From Lama guanicoe (taxonomy: Eukaryota), in NCBI GenBank assembly GCA_013239625.1, contig MU054187.1:12627325-12691324 (forward strand): 64,000 nucleotides of DNA, read 5' to 3'. The notes beneath the pieces were generated by a model, which worked only from the letters and a program-made list of their open reading frames with translations, searched no databases and had not been told where the DNA came from. Below, one piece after another: positions 1-12,789 of the stretch. Each line of letters opens with the position of its first letter. Positions within the stretch are counted from its first letter, which is position 1. A program made the translations under genes and the position numbers.

Positions 1-19
1 AGATCCTTTGAATGTATGT

Positions 20-200
20 AGTCTCGTTAATCCTCACAACGCTGTGAGGTGTATATTGTCATCTCCATTTTACAGAGGAGGAAAACTGAGACTCAGGAGA
101 CCAAGGTATTTGACTAAGTGCACCCATCTGGGTTAAAATTCCACAGTGGAAGAGCTGTGATTGGAACCGGATCTGTGTCTGGTCTGTCTTCTTTCCACTA
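20..200 (-). mobile_element. MIR SINE fragment
   Basis: Matches reverse-complement MIR core (taatcctcacaac...ccattttacagaggaggaaaactgagactcag). Confidence 0.8.
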
Positions 201-2859
201 TATATGCCTTGCCTACAAAACGCTTAGTTAATTCCTGCTGCATTTTATTGAAAATAAAACCAGAGAGGTTAATGGGGGAAAGCCAGGATACGGGGGTGGG
301 AAAAGGAAGTGACTGTGGGTGCAGTGGCATTTTTCACAGGAGGGTTGCATATTTGGATTAAAATGTAAGGAACTGTGGCCAGGCAGTTAGAGGATGAGCC
401 AGTTAGCCAGCTAGAGGGAATTTCCACTGAACTTGGGAACACAGATTACTACAAAGATTAATTTAAAGACTAACCAGTCTTTCCTTGTCTCTGGCTGATG
501 GAATAATGGAAAGAAATTTTGCATTCTAACAATAGAACAATTCTCTTCTAAAACTGGAGTGTGAAATTTAAAGAAATAATAAGAATAATAGTGAACATGT
601 ATTATACTCATCCTAAGTATGAACCACTTTTCATGCATTATTTTTAACCTCACAACGTCCTTATAATGTAGTTATAAATAAAAATAAAAGAAATCAAGTA
701 TCACTGAGATTAAATGAGTTTCCCTAGGCTGACAGGTCCATCTTGATCTTGAGTCTTCATTCTTTCACTCTGTCTTGCTGTCTCGAAGGAAAATATTTGA
801 CATCTTTCCTTACCCACTACAGGTTACTGTGTGATCTGAAAATAAAAGCCTTAAAACTGTATTTTAAGAGTGATCATCCTGCATATCAGGTTAGAGGTAC
901 TGGTAAGGGTACACAGCATGGTAGAGTAAATCTCAGATAGGAGAAACCTTTCCTGACCTTACGCTAGTGTGGTCTGGAAACAGGGCACAAGAGGGGACCA
1001 TGTCTGCCTCAAAGTCGCTGAGTGGTTTTAGAGAAATCATGTGACCTCGCTGGCCCCCAATTTTCATGTCTCTCTTGTTTTAAACTCAGCTCCTAATGTA
1101 GTGCTTGGCAGATGATAGGATTAAAAATGATATAGGATATAAATGAGGAAGCTTGGATTGATAATTCTTAGAATTTTTTTCAGTTCTAAATTCTGTGATT
1201 CAGGCATAGTAATTTTGGTTTTTTATTCTTTCAGTGAGGAAAATCGTGCTAATCTCTTTTGCAAGGTTATCATTAGAATTAACTAGTATGATATTTTCCA
1301 AGATATGGAGGTCCTACAGAAAAAGATAAGACAACATCTTCTTTCCTTTCAAATAGTTATGATAACTTTTATTAATATTTTGCATTGATCAAATACTACA
1401 ATTATGTCAGTACTATAGGAAAAACAGAACCTTCCTAGCAGGTTCATAATCTGAATACAATTCCAAAGCACTAGTATTTGTGACTGGGTTTAGAAATGAC
1501 TACATGCCAATGTTTGAGAGTCTAGTCCCATATACTGTAGCACAGGAAAGAATTAGACTGTCATCAGCTCAGACATGGCCAGAGGGAATAAAGTTCTCTA
1601 AAAGCCTGTTCTATTAGTGGGGCTTTTGCATTGCTTTTTATCTTCGTGGTTTGGAATGGCAGCCACCATTTTGTGGTCTCAAAAAATATGGAAGGCCGGT
1701 GCTTTGTGCTCTAGGCTGGTAATTTGCTGTGAGGCGGGTCAGTCATCCATCCTGGCTCTCAGTTTGTCTGCTTTTGAAAAGTTGATAGTGGCATTTCAAC
1801 TGTTAGATTATTGTGGAGATTCGTAATAAATGACTATAGAATAATGTGAGAAAGTTCTATTTCTATGACAACTATGTGGATATTACCTATTTTCTAAGCC
1901 TGTGAAAAGATCAAAATAAATTAGAAGCTTAGAGTTACTAAAATGTTCCAAGTGGAACTTGGGACACATGATTTTATCACTCATTTTCCTTTGCTGAAAG
2001 CCTCACTAGCAAAAGAAAAGAATAGAGAAGAGCAAAGAAAAGGAAAATAAGGGGGAGACAGTCTGTTTATCTACTGACAATAAGAAGCTTATCATCCGCA
2101 AAATCTCCCGAAGGCATGGTGTTTTCTTCAACCATAAGGGTGGGCTATTTGAAAAAGTGTTAGTGTATGCCCCAGATTTGTACTAATTACGTATAGTGAT
2201 TCCAAGTTGCAGTTTATACCTTACTCTTTACTAGTATAGAGACTGAATCAACAAAGAAATAATGTTATGTGGGAAAAATCTAAGAGTCAGATGTTAGGTA
2301 ATGATTTACAGTAATTTTTTCATTCATTTATTCATCTCTTTATTCATTCAACCAATATTATTAAGTTCCAGATACTGAGTGAGGTAATGAGGAGAAAAAG
2401 GTAACTGGTCTCATGTTTTGAAATTTAATTTCTTCCTTATTAATATTTATAACCTTTACTTCAGTAAATAACTTATGAAGGTTTATAAAGAGTTATTCTG
2501 ATACCTCTGTTAATATATACATTTCTCCTTATTTATGAAGAAGTTTATTCTCTACCAGAGATCCCTATGAATGGGGAAAGCTTTGAATACTCTAATATGT
2601 CTATAATAAGTGGAACTATACTCAAGTTAAGAAATAAACAATAAGCTATTGACACAAAGCATGGTGTTTGCTAGAGACTTTCCCTATTGCAAAGAGAAGC
2701 TTTTAAGACTGTAACATGAGCTATGTGACTGTAGTACTGACTCTTCTCAAATATTTAAAAGTGTGAACCTAGAGTGTATCATAGGCTAATCCTTTAGAGA
2801 ATACTCTCTTTTATTGATAACGGGTTAAGAAAAAAGAAAAAAAGGAATATTTTGACCCC

Positions 2860-3260
2860 ATATCTGAAAAGCCTAAAGCTTCAGACATGGTCTAATCCAG
2901 GAACTCAGGTGATGTCAATAAGGTAAAATCTTTCTCTCTTGGCTTTGCTTTTCTGTCTATTGGCTCCATTTTTTTTTTTTTGGCGCAATCTCTTCCCTCA
3001 TGGCAATAATGGCTATCAATAGTTCTAGAGTTATGTCCTAGTTTGCCAACAATTCAAGTGGAAGAGCATGCCTTTTTCCCAATAGTTCCAACTGAAATAT
3101 AAGAATTGAGTTTCATTGACTCTAGTTGGTCTGCCCTGGGTCACATGCCCATTCTGGAATTTTGTTAGTGTCAGTCTCACCCAAACCACATGAACTGAAA
3201 ATGAAGAAAATCAGATTTCTGTTATTAGAAAGAGGGCATGAATAGAGGTGTCCATTTTAG
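2860..3260 (-). mobile_element. Old MaLR LTR (MLT1J/K/L-like)
   Basis: Motifs gcttcagacatggtctaatccaggaactca and ctgggtcacatgcccattctggaa resemble old MLT1 LTRs. Boundaries approximate. Confidence 0.6.
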
Positions 3261-4183
3261 CAATACCTTGTGTCTAGAAAGATCCTGTTTGTCCTCTCCC
3301 TCATACCACAGCAGAGTTCCAATCTGACTGCATCTCTCATTTTCCCCTATCTTCCACATTTGGGTTTGCTCATTACTCTCTTTCTATGAGACAATGGTTT
3401 ACAACCAAAAATTTTCAGGACTGTGAAATCCTTAAGTGGAGAATATTTAGCCATATGGCCTGCCTTGGTGTGAAGGCACGTATTCTGAGCATTTTTTTTT
3501 TTATAACCTATTGACCATTGTGTTCCTTTTTCTGATAACTGCTTGGGGTTTGTGTTTAGTTAGAAAGGTCAGTTTTTCCCACCCCTTGACCCCTACCCAG
3601 ATTTTAAGTAAATTCACCCAGATCTTCCACTGGTTTCTTTATGGTCTTATTGAGTCCACATTCTTTAATACTGGCGGCTAATGCAAAAATGGCGGATTAA
3701 ACAGAAACTCCAACATTAGCATAGTTGGCGCATTTTTCCTGAAGTAGATTTTTCATATATGTCTTACAGGTCTAAGTCAAATTTTAGAATAGAAAGAACT
3801 TGATTATTTGATTTCTAGACTTGAGTTTTACATATTATTAAACTAAGGGTAGCCTATGAAGGCTGACAAAGTGGAAAGAAAAAAATACAACGTTAGCTTT
3901 TGTCCATGCACGAGGCCCTTCGGGTTGTAGGGCTAGAAGAGGGGGCACTGGTGGGGTGTATTCTCATCTGAGGGGAGCTCTGCATCTACTTGATGGCTAC
4001 AGTGAATACTGGCCACACCAGCCATTGGCTAAAAGATAAACACTTATCTACATAAATTATGTACCATTGAGCTTGTTTGTTCTGAAATGGGGAAATATGG
4101 GGAGATATGGGGAAAATAAGTGTGTTCCTTTTAATGGACATGCTTTTTGACTTTGTGTCGATATAAATGATATCTTCTTTTTT

Positions 4184-4394
4184 NNNNNNNNNNNNNNNNN
4201 NNNNNNNNNNNNNNNNNNNNNNNNNNNNNNNNNNNNNNNNNNNNNNNNNNNNNNNNNNNNNNNNNNNNNNNNNNNNNNNNNNNNNNNNNNNNNNNNNNNN
4301 NNNNNNNNNNNNNNNNNNNNNNNNNNNNNNNNNNNNNNNNNNNNNNNNNNNNNNNNNNNNNNNNNNNNNNNNNNNNNNNNNNNNNNNNNNNNNN
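4184..4394. other. Assembly gap (211 N)
   Basis: Run of N. Confidence 1.
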
Positions 4395-4484
4395 TCAGCT
4401 CCCCCCCCCCCGGTAGATATCTTCTTTTTTTCTGATGACTATATGAAACATTTTTCATGATAGATTTATGTGTATATGATATTT

Positions 4485-4710
4485 AACAATTTTTATTTTA
4501 AAATTTACATGCAGTAAAAGTCACTTTTTTGGTCCACACTTCTATGCACTTTGACAAATGTGTAGTTTGTACAGTTACCACCACCAGCAGAATATAGTTC
4601 TGTCACCCCCAGAATTTCCCTTGTGCTGTCCCTTAGTGGTCAACCCTTTCTCCATTTCCAGTTTTAGCAACCAATGATCTGTTATCTGTCTTTGCCTTTT
4701 CCAGAATCAG
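4485..4710 (-). mobile_element. Old L1 3' UTR fragment (L1MC/MD-like)
   Basis: aaatttacatgcagtaaaa...ttgacaaatgtgt...gcaaccaatgatctgtt is a typical L1M 3' end in reverse. Confidence 0.65.
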
Positions 4711-5994
4711 GTACAGCATTTAAAAATGGAAATGGAAAACATGCTAACACATTTCAGTCACCATTCCCCATGAAAATTACTGTACTCTGCCTTCGAGAGA
4801 CCTAGAAGGATTCTGTTTGAAATTCCATGGACTGTTTCATCCCTGCCCAATCTTGGTGGACTCACAAATATTTTCTCACAGAGTAATCTTAGCTCTTTGG
4901 TCAAAACATTGTTATTATGCTGTTTTATATAAACGTTTTTTTCAGTTAAAGATAATTAATAACAATAGAATAGATTATACTTCCTAATTTGCATTGCCTT
5001 TTCAAAAATCTGACATGCCTTTATGACAGTCTGGACTGAAGCCATACCCATTGCCATGACTTAGGACTTTCTATAGATTGAGTTATACATATATTTAGAA
5101 TGCCTCCCTTCCTCTCACTTTCTCTTTATCTTCCTGTCTCTAAACAGCATATATACATTGAAGAAAGGTAGAAAATATTGATGAGCATAGCAGAGTTGGG
5201 AGGGAGACCTAATTTAACTAGTATCAGCTCTTGTACAGTATGGAAATGGTTAACTGTCTGTGATTGATATCCAGACTTACTTTAGACACCAGAATAATAA
5301 TTTCTGAAAGGTTGTTGCTTTTTCTTACACTCAAACATGACCTTTAACTATTCTGTTTTGATCTTTATCACTTATTTAAAATACCACATCTTATTTATTC
5401 TTTTCTTTCTAAGTTTTGCAAAGGCCCTTGGCCAAAAGCAATAATATGCTGACATAACCTGAACTGATTTGACTATTTGAATTAGTTTGAATCCAAAAAA
5501 TAGAAAGTTATACAAATAATTTGTGCCAGAGTTAAAAGGAAATTATTGTTTCAGAGAATTGAGTAACTGAAAATTGACTTTTTATGATGATTGTCTTGTG
5601 CTATTATGCATAATTTTCTCTTAATTCTTTGGAACATTACTAAATTAATCTCTGGAGGTCTTGTTCAAGTTAAACTTATATTTTTTTGTACATGGACAAG
5701 GTCCATTTTTTAAAAGTTTTCTGTGGCATTGAAATTAACATAAACTGTGTCCTACATGTCTTGCACGGAGACTACTTCAATGAGGAGTAATTAATTCATG
5801 CATTCATACAGTAAACTTTTACTGAATATGTTTACTGCATCAGAATCAATGCTAGATACTGGGAATATAGAAAGGAGATTTCATTCTTTGCTCATAATAA
5901 CACTAACAATCCTCAAAAATGTCTTTTAAATCCATCTTTCTTTCCTTCATCAATCACATCTAATCCATCACAAGTTCTGTCAGTATAACTCTAT

Positions 5995-6134
5995 CTGTGG
6001 TCTCAACATTGTCTGTGCAGGTTAAATCTTACCAGGGAGCGTTCAAAAAATACTGATGCCTGGGTTCCACCTCCAGATAACTAACTTGGAAAATGCAGGT
6101 GATTCCAATGTGTAGCCAAGAAAGAGAACCATTG
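5995..6134. mobile_element. MER5A-like hAT-Charlie MITE
   Basis: Degenerate TIRs ctgtggtctcaac / gagaaccattg and internal aaaaatactgatgcctgggttccacctccaga. Confidence 0.7.
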
Positions 6135-6142
6135 CTCTAGGT

Positions 6143-6470
6143 CAGGAGTTGGCAACTTTTCCTGTAAGGGAATAGATAGTAAATATTTTAGGCTGTGAGG
6201 CCATATGGTCCTTGTTGCTACTACTCAACTCTGTCATCATAGCACAAAATTAGTCACAGAAAATATGTAAACAAGGGAGTGTGACTGTGTATCAATGAAA
6301 CTTTATTTGTGGACACTAGTTTTGGATTTCATATAATTTTTTTGTGCCATGAAATACTATTCTTGATTTTTCAACCATTTAAAAATGTAAAAAGCATTCT
6401 TAGCTTATGGGCTATACAAAAACAAGAAATGGGTCAGATTTGGTCCCTGGCTGTAATTTGCTAACCCCTG
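6143..6470. mobile_element. MER58B-like hAT-Charlie element
   Basis: TIRs caggagttggcaac / tttgctaacccctg, ~330 bp, flanked by 8-mers ctctaggt / ctttagaa. Confidence 0.85.
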
Positions 6471-6478
6471 CTTTAGAA

Positions 6479-6618
6479 CAGCTCAGAAACCTAGGTGCTC
6501 ATCAAAATTATCTATGATGTTTAGAAGAGAGCCTGGTCTTGTCCCTGCAGATTCTGATTGAGGAGGTCTGCATGGGACCAGGGGATTCTATTGTACAAGC
6601 AGGGTTTAAGAATCTTTG
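6479..6618. mobile_element. MER5-like hAT-Charlie MITE (degraded)
   Basis: cagattctgattgaggaggtctg and terminal gcagggtttaagaatctttg resemble MER5. Confidence 0.55.
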
Positions 6619-6626
6619 TTCTGAAG

Positions 6627-7260
6627 ATGTTTTGAGTCTTTCTTCTCTTCCAAATCCCAAATACCATTTCTCCCTTTCAGGTCTTCATTATCTTGCACCT
6701 GCAGTTTGGTGATAGCCTCTACCCATGTTTCCAGTCTAGACTCTCACTAATCAGTCTTCTGTACTTCCACATTTCATATCTTGCTTCAAACCTTCCAATG
6801 GCTTCCATTGCCTACAGGACAATGTTCATATTCTTTAACAAGTCAGACAATAGTTTTTATAATCTGGCTTTTGCCTATGAACTAGTCTTCACAAACTCTA
6901 GTTTCTTGGCAAAACAGGCTCCTTATGGTCCACACTATGTTCTCTCTTATTTGTATGCCTGGGCTCATGTTGGTTCCCCTGTCTGTAAAGCTCTTTTCTG
7001 CTGGCAAATATCTACTTTCCTGTCAAGGTACTGGGGCATTCTTTACCTCCTCTGTCTTCATGTATGGATTGGATGTCTGGATTAGATGACCCTCCCATGA
7101 GTGCCCATAGCCCATTTCTTTACCTTTTGTATAACATGTATCACATGACACTCAAACAATGTGTTTACAAATGAATTATATGAAATTATATAAATCATTA
7201 TAACATAGCACTGAGTTCAATACTTGATATGTAGTTGCTGCTCAATAAATGCTTATTGAC
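6627..7260 (+). mobile_element. L2 LINE fragment (continues segment at ~5925-5990)
   Basis: cttcaaaccttccaatggcttccattgcctacagg and terminal ctcaataaatgcttattga are typical of L2 3' regions. Confidence 0.7.
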
Positions 7261-7264
7261 CTGA

Positions 7265-7410
7265 ATCCTGTAAAGAAAGCAGAGCAGGTAGTATTATCTC
7301 CATTGTTCAGACAAGAGAACTGAGGCTCTGAGGCAATGAATGACTTCCTCAGGTTTTGCCCAACTACTAAGTCAGGGAGCCAAGAACAAATTTCTAGTTT
7401 CTTATTGCCA
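7265..7410 (-). mobile_element. MIR fragment
   Basis: tattatctccattgttcagacaagagaactgaggctctgag core. Confidence 0.7.
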
Positions 7411-7772
7411 GCTGCAGGCTTTCTCCCTCCCTCCCTCCATTCCTCCCACATACAGCTGCAAGCCATCTGTGAAGTGCTATAGTTACATGTTGTTGTCAAA
7501 GGAGCACTAAACTGGGAGTTAGGAAATCTGACCCCAAATCTCAAATTTGGGTTATGAACCCCATTTTTCTAATCTGCAGATGAGTAGATTCCATTGGATT
7601 TTTAAGATTGTTCTCAATTCTTAAGAAGTTCTGTCAAGCAGTTATTTTTACTTAATTTATTTATTTTCAACCCCATTTATTTGTAGAACCTGAGATAAAA
7701 TTAAAACACACAAATGTTAAATAATTTGTTCAGAGACTTCCTGTAAACTAGTGATAGAACAGGAAATGAGCC

Positions 7773-8358
7773 TGTTACTTTTCTTTTGCTGCTGTGTTAT
7801 ATTACCACAAATTTAGTAGTTTAAAACAACACACCTTTATTATTTCACAGTTATATGGGGCAGAAGTCTGGGTGGCCCAGCTGGCTTCTCTGTTTAATCT
7901 CTCACAAAGCTGAAATAAAACTGTCAGTTGGACTGGCACTTATCTGGAAGCTCTAGGAAAACTGGCAGAATTCAGTTCCGTGTGGTTGTAGGACTGATGT
8001 CTGTTTCCTTGCTGACTGTCAGCTGGAGGCCTTTCTCAGCTTCTGGAGGCTGAGACTCATATTCTTTGGTTTGTGGCTTTCTTTCTTCATCTTCAAAATC
8101 AGCAACCAGGATATACTCACTGACCTTCTGTTCCATCTCTTCTGAGTCTCTGCTTTCTTCTTTTGCTTTGAAGGGCTTGTGTGAGTATATTGTGCCTACC
8201 TGGTTAATCCAGGATAATCTCCCCCTATTAAGGTCTGGTAATTAGTAACCTTAATTACATCTGCAGTGTCTTTTCACAGCACTGCTTAGATTAGTGTTAG
8301 GTTGCATAGCCAGGAGATGAGAATCTTGGGGGATATCTTTAGAATTATGCCTAACACA
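7773..8358 (-). mobile_element. MLT1E-like MaLR solo LTR nested in a MIR
   Basis: TG...CA ends, taccacaaatttagtagtttaaaacaacac and ggcagaattcagttcc..gtggttgtaggactga motifs. Homologous to 25187-25795. Confidence 0.8.
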
Positions 8359-8579
8359 AATCCCCAGCTACCTGATTTTTAAGCAAAGGTGCTGGACCTC
8401 ATTACTTATTTCCTAATACAAGTTTGTTTTTCTTGGTACTAAATCATTTTTAACATTTCACTTATTCATGTAACTTAGTTACAGACACTCCTCTTCCCTG
8501 ACCCCAGCTCACACATACCTAATATATAATACAAATTTAGTATATATTTTTGGTAGAGCAATTTTCAGAGCCATCTATC

Positions 8580-9785
8580 TGTTAATTCATCAAATATTTA
8601 TTAAAAATATACTTTGTGTCAGTAACACTAGTTCTAAGTGATGAGGATACAGTCATGTAAAAGTTGGAAACTACACACCCAAACCACATTCTTTTATTTG
8701 TTTATCACATATCTATCTAGCACTTATGTGTCAGGGACTCTTCTAGGTTCTGGGGATACAGTAGTGAAATAAGACATTGCTCTCATGGAGTGTCTATCAT
8801 AAGTGAGAAGTCAGAAACTAAACAGATGATCAAATGAATAGATAATACATTGTTGGTTGGTTATTAGTGCCATGAGGAAAATTAAAACAGGATAGAAAGT
8901 AATAAGGTGGGGAAGAAAGGAGCTGTTGGGTATTATTTTAGATGGGGTAGTCAGGAAAGGCTTCTTTTAGGTAAGGACTTGAGTAAAATTTGAAAAATAC
9001 AACTAGGAAGACAGAAAAATAGATCAATGGTGATTACAGTGAGATAAATGCTGTGAGAGCAGTGAACACATACATGGGAGGTTAAGAGCATACAGAGGAC
9101 TAGCACCTAAGTCAGAGGCTGGAGAAGCCTGGAGGAGGAGTTGATATCCAAGTCAATGCTTGAAAGATGGGTATGAACAAGTAAGACACTCAGATGGGGA
9201 AGGGTGTTGAAGGCAGCGTGAGCAGCACGTGGGAAAACATGTATGTTATGAGAGGCAGAAAGGAAACTGCATGTAGTTCAGAATGGCTGTGCTTTGAGTT
9301 TGGGGAGGGGAGAAATAATGGGAGAGATGAAGGCTGGGTTAAATATTAAAAGATTTTGTGTACTCTGCTTAGAAGTTTTACATAGAAGGCTACTTGGAAA
9401 CATTTTGAGCCCAAATGTGACAGAATCTGATTTATAGTTTTATAGCATCACTAGAAGTGGTGTGAAATATGAATATGAAAAGGGCATGACTAGAGGAAGA
9501 GAGAAGAGCTAGAGCCATACTACATAAAAACTAGACTGAGGTGGCTCTGGTGGGGACAAAAGGAGGGGGCAGAATCTAGAGATAATATAGGTGGAAGTCT
9601 TCTGAATGTGGATGGTGAGAGGAACAGAATCAAGTGTTGGCCATAGTTGACTGGGTATAGCAATTCATAGAGATAGGAAATACTGGAGGAAGAATAGATT
9701 TGGGGTACAAGCTTAGGAGTTCAAATTTTGACATATTGAATCTGGGTTCCCAAGGAATAGTTAAATGGATATTTTTAACAGGCAA
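8580..9785 (-). mobile_element. L2 LINE fragments, resuming at 11801-12030
   Basis: ctaggttctggggatacagtagtgaa; ggagttcaaattttgacatattgaa; L2 similarity resumes after the insertion (tggagctcagactggaga...gatcatccaggga). Confidence 0.7.
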
Positions 9786-11699
9786 TTTGTTTTCTTTTTA
9801 AAAATTCTTATTTTTTATTTAAATGTAGTCAATTTACAATGTTAGTTTCATGTGCACAGCAAAGTGATTCAGTTATACATATACATACATACATAATTTT
9901 TTTTGATTCTTTCCATTACAGCTCATTACAAGAAATGGAATATAGTTCCCTGTGCTAAACACTAGGTCCTTGTTCTTTATCTACTTTATATATAGTAATG
10001 TGCATCTATTAATCCCTAACTCCTAATATATGCCTCCCTGCCCCTTTCCCCTATGGTAACCATAGTTTGTCTTCTATGTCCATGAGTCTGTTTCTGGTTT
10101 GTAAGTAAAATTTGTATCTTTTTTTTAAATTGCACATATAAGTGACATAATACGATATTTGTCTTTCTCTATCTGACATACTTCACTTAATATGATGATC
10201 TCTAGTTCCATCAATGTTGCTGTAAATGGCATTATTTCATTCTTTTTTATAACTGAGTAATATTCCATTGTATATACCACATGTTCTTTATCCATTCATC
10301 TGTCAATGGACATTTAGTTTGTTTCCATGTATTGCCTATTGTAAATAGTGCTGCTGTGAACAATGGGGTGCATGTATCTTTTTGAATTAGAATTTTCTCC
10401 AGACATCTACCCCAGAATGGGATTGCTGAATCATGTGGTAACTCTATTTTTAGCTTTTTAAGGAACCTCCATGCTATCCTCCATAGTGGCTTCACCAATT
10501 TACATTCCCACCAACAGTGCAAGAGGGTTCTCCACACCCTCTGCAGCATTTATTATTTGTAGACTTTTTAATAATGGCCATTCTGACTGGTGTGAGGTGA
10601 TGCCTCATTGTAGTTTAGATTAGCATTTCTCTAATAGTTAGCAATATTGAGCCTCTTTTCTTGTGCCTGTTTGTCATCAGGATGTCTTCATTAGAGAAAT
10701 GTCTGTTTAGGTTTTCTGCCCATTTTTTGATTGGGTTGCTTGTTTGTTTGTTTAAAATTAAGCTGTATGAGCTATTTGTATATTTTGGAAATTAGTCCTT
10801 TGTTGGTTGCATCATTTGCAAATATTTTCTCCCATTCTGTAGGTTGTCTTTTCATTTTGTTGATGGTATCTGTAGCTGTGCAAAAGCTTTTAAGTTTAAT
10901 TAGGTCCCATTTGTTTATTTTTGCTTTTATTTGGATTACTCTAGGAGCTGGTTTGAAGAAAATATTGCTGCAATTTATGTCAAAGAGTGTTCTGCCTATG
11001 TTTTCCTCTAAGAGTTTTATAGTATCCGGTCTTAACATTTAGGTCTTTAATCCATTTGAGTTTATTTTTATATATGGTGTTAGAGAATGTTCTAATTTAA
11101 TTCTTTTACACGTAGCTGTCCAGTTTTCCCAGCACCTCTTATTGAAGAGACTGTCTTTTCTCCATTGTATATTGTTGTCTCTTTGTCATAGATTAATTGA
11201 CCATAAGCACGTGGGTTTACTTCTGGACTTTCTATCCTGTTTCATTGATCTATGTGTCTGTTTTTGTGCCACTAACACAATATTTTGATTACTGTAGTTC
11301 TGTAGTATAGTCTGGAACCAGGGGGCATGATTCCCCCAGCTCCTTTCTTCTTTCTCAAGATTGTTTTGACTATTCGGGGGTCTTCTGTGTTTCCACACAA
11401 ATTCTAACATTTTTTTGTTCCAGTTCTGTGAAAAATATCATTAGTAATTTAATTGGGATTGCACTGAACCTTGTATATGGCCATTTTAATGATATTGATT
11501 CTTCCAATCCAAGAACACAGTATATCTTTCCATCTGTTTGTGTCATCTTCTGTTTCTTTCATGAGGATCTTATAGTTTTTGGAATACAGATTCTTTGCCT
11601 CCTTAGGTAGGTTTATTCCTAGGTATTTTATTCTTTTTGATGCGATGGCAAATGGGATTGTTTCCTTAACTTCCTTTTCTGGTATTTCATTGTTAGTGT
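9786..11699 (-). mobile_element. 5'-truncated L1 (ORF2 C-terminal part, 3' UTR, A-rich tail), decayed
   Basis: Minus-strand ORFs give L1 ORF2 peptides ([60 protein letters not shown]) broken by frameshifts. Confidence 0.95.
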
Positions 11700-11800
11700 T
11701 CTTCTTCTTCTTTTTTTTTAATGGAGGTACTGGGGATTTAACCCAGGACCTCATGCATGCTAAACATGTGCTCTACCACCGAACTATACCCCCTCCCGCC
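11700..11800 (-). mobile_element. tRNA-Ala(AGC)-derived SINE (camelid vic-1-like)
   Basis: Reverse complement ggggtatagttcggtggtagagcacatgtttagcatgcatgaggtcctgggttaaatccccagtacctcca plus A-rich tail; A and B boxes visible. Confidence 0.9.
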
Positions 11801-12269
11801 AACAGGCAACATAATATTCTTGTTTGGAGCTCAGACTGGAGAAATTAAAGACCATATTGATGGTACTTGAAACCACAGACATGAATGAGATCATCCAGGG
11901 ACAATGCATAGAACGGGAAGAGAAAATGGGCTTAAGAGAGGGGAAAAAAGAGCCTGCAAAGGAAACTAAGAAGGATTGGCTTGAAGTAAGTAATGTCACA
12001 GAAGCGAGGAGAGTTTCAAGAATTCTTTCTTTTTAATACCTTAAAAAGTCTACTACATCTTTTGAAGTGACAAAGTAATTAAACAACAAAGATTAGGTAG
12101 TTAAATTCCAGTAACAAGGAGTACCAACCTTGCCCTGATTCCTCTTTCCATTTCCCCCACAAATACATAAACCAGTGGAAAGTTTTGTAGCACAAGTGAA
12201 AAAAAAAAAAAGAACCCATGGAAAATTTAAAATCACCAAAATGAATGGTCTATCAGAATGTTTTCAAAA

Positions 12270-12450
12270 CAGTGATGGAGGATCCATTGCATCACAACCA
12301 GTTGAAGTAATGTGTGAAAAATGAAAATTCCTAGTCTCCATCCCAAATAGTAACTACTGAGTTAGAATTTCTGCAGAGAACAAGAAACATGCACTTTAAA
12401 CAAGTTCCCCAAATGACTTTTATGTACACTTTCAATTGAGAACTACTCAG
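12270..12450. mobile_element. MER5-like hAT MITE
   Basis: tactgagttagaatttctg...tgcactttaaacaagttccccaaatgacttttatgtacac...ttgagaactact. Confidence 0.65.
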
Positions 12451-12789
12451 GTTTAAGAAACATAGCAATTTAAAAAATGTTAAAAATCTATTCTCAGACA
12501 GTAGGACAAATAAAATAGATATTAAAGTTGACTTGAATAAAATAAAAGGTATTACTAAATAGTGAAAACTGCAGTTGGTAATTAGAAATATTGAAGAGGG
12601 TCAGTGAAGCAGATTATAAATCAGTATATAATAATACACCCATCAGATTTATATACATAATAACAACATATTTCTAAAAGAAGGAAAATGACATGGAATT
12701 TATGATAAAGAAAAACTTAATAGAGAAAAATTCCAGTAATTAGAAAATTATTAACTAGAAATAGAAAGGAGTCATAGAGTCTTAATATT

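Noticed and set aside
3931..3950. CTCF-like tagaagagggggcactg
   Set aside because: Lacks the conserved CC at the 5' core.
4087..4116. atgggga(a/g)at x3
   Set aside because: Ordinary short tandem repeat with only three G-tracts.
4057..4460. ORFs of 133 and 97 aa
   Set aside because: Open only because they run through the N gap.
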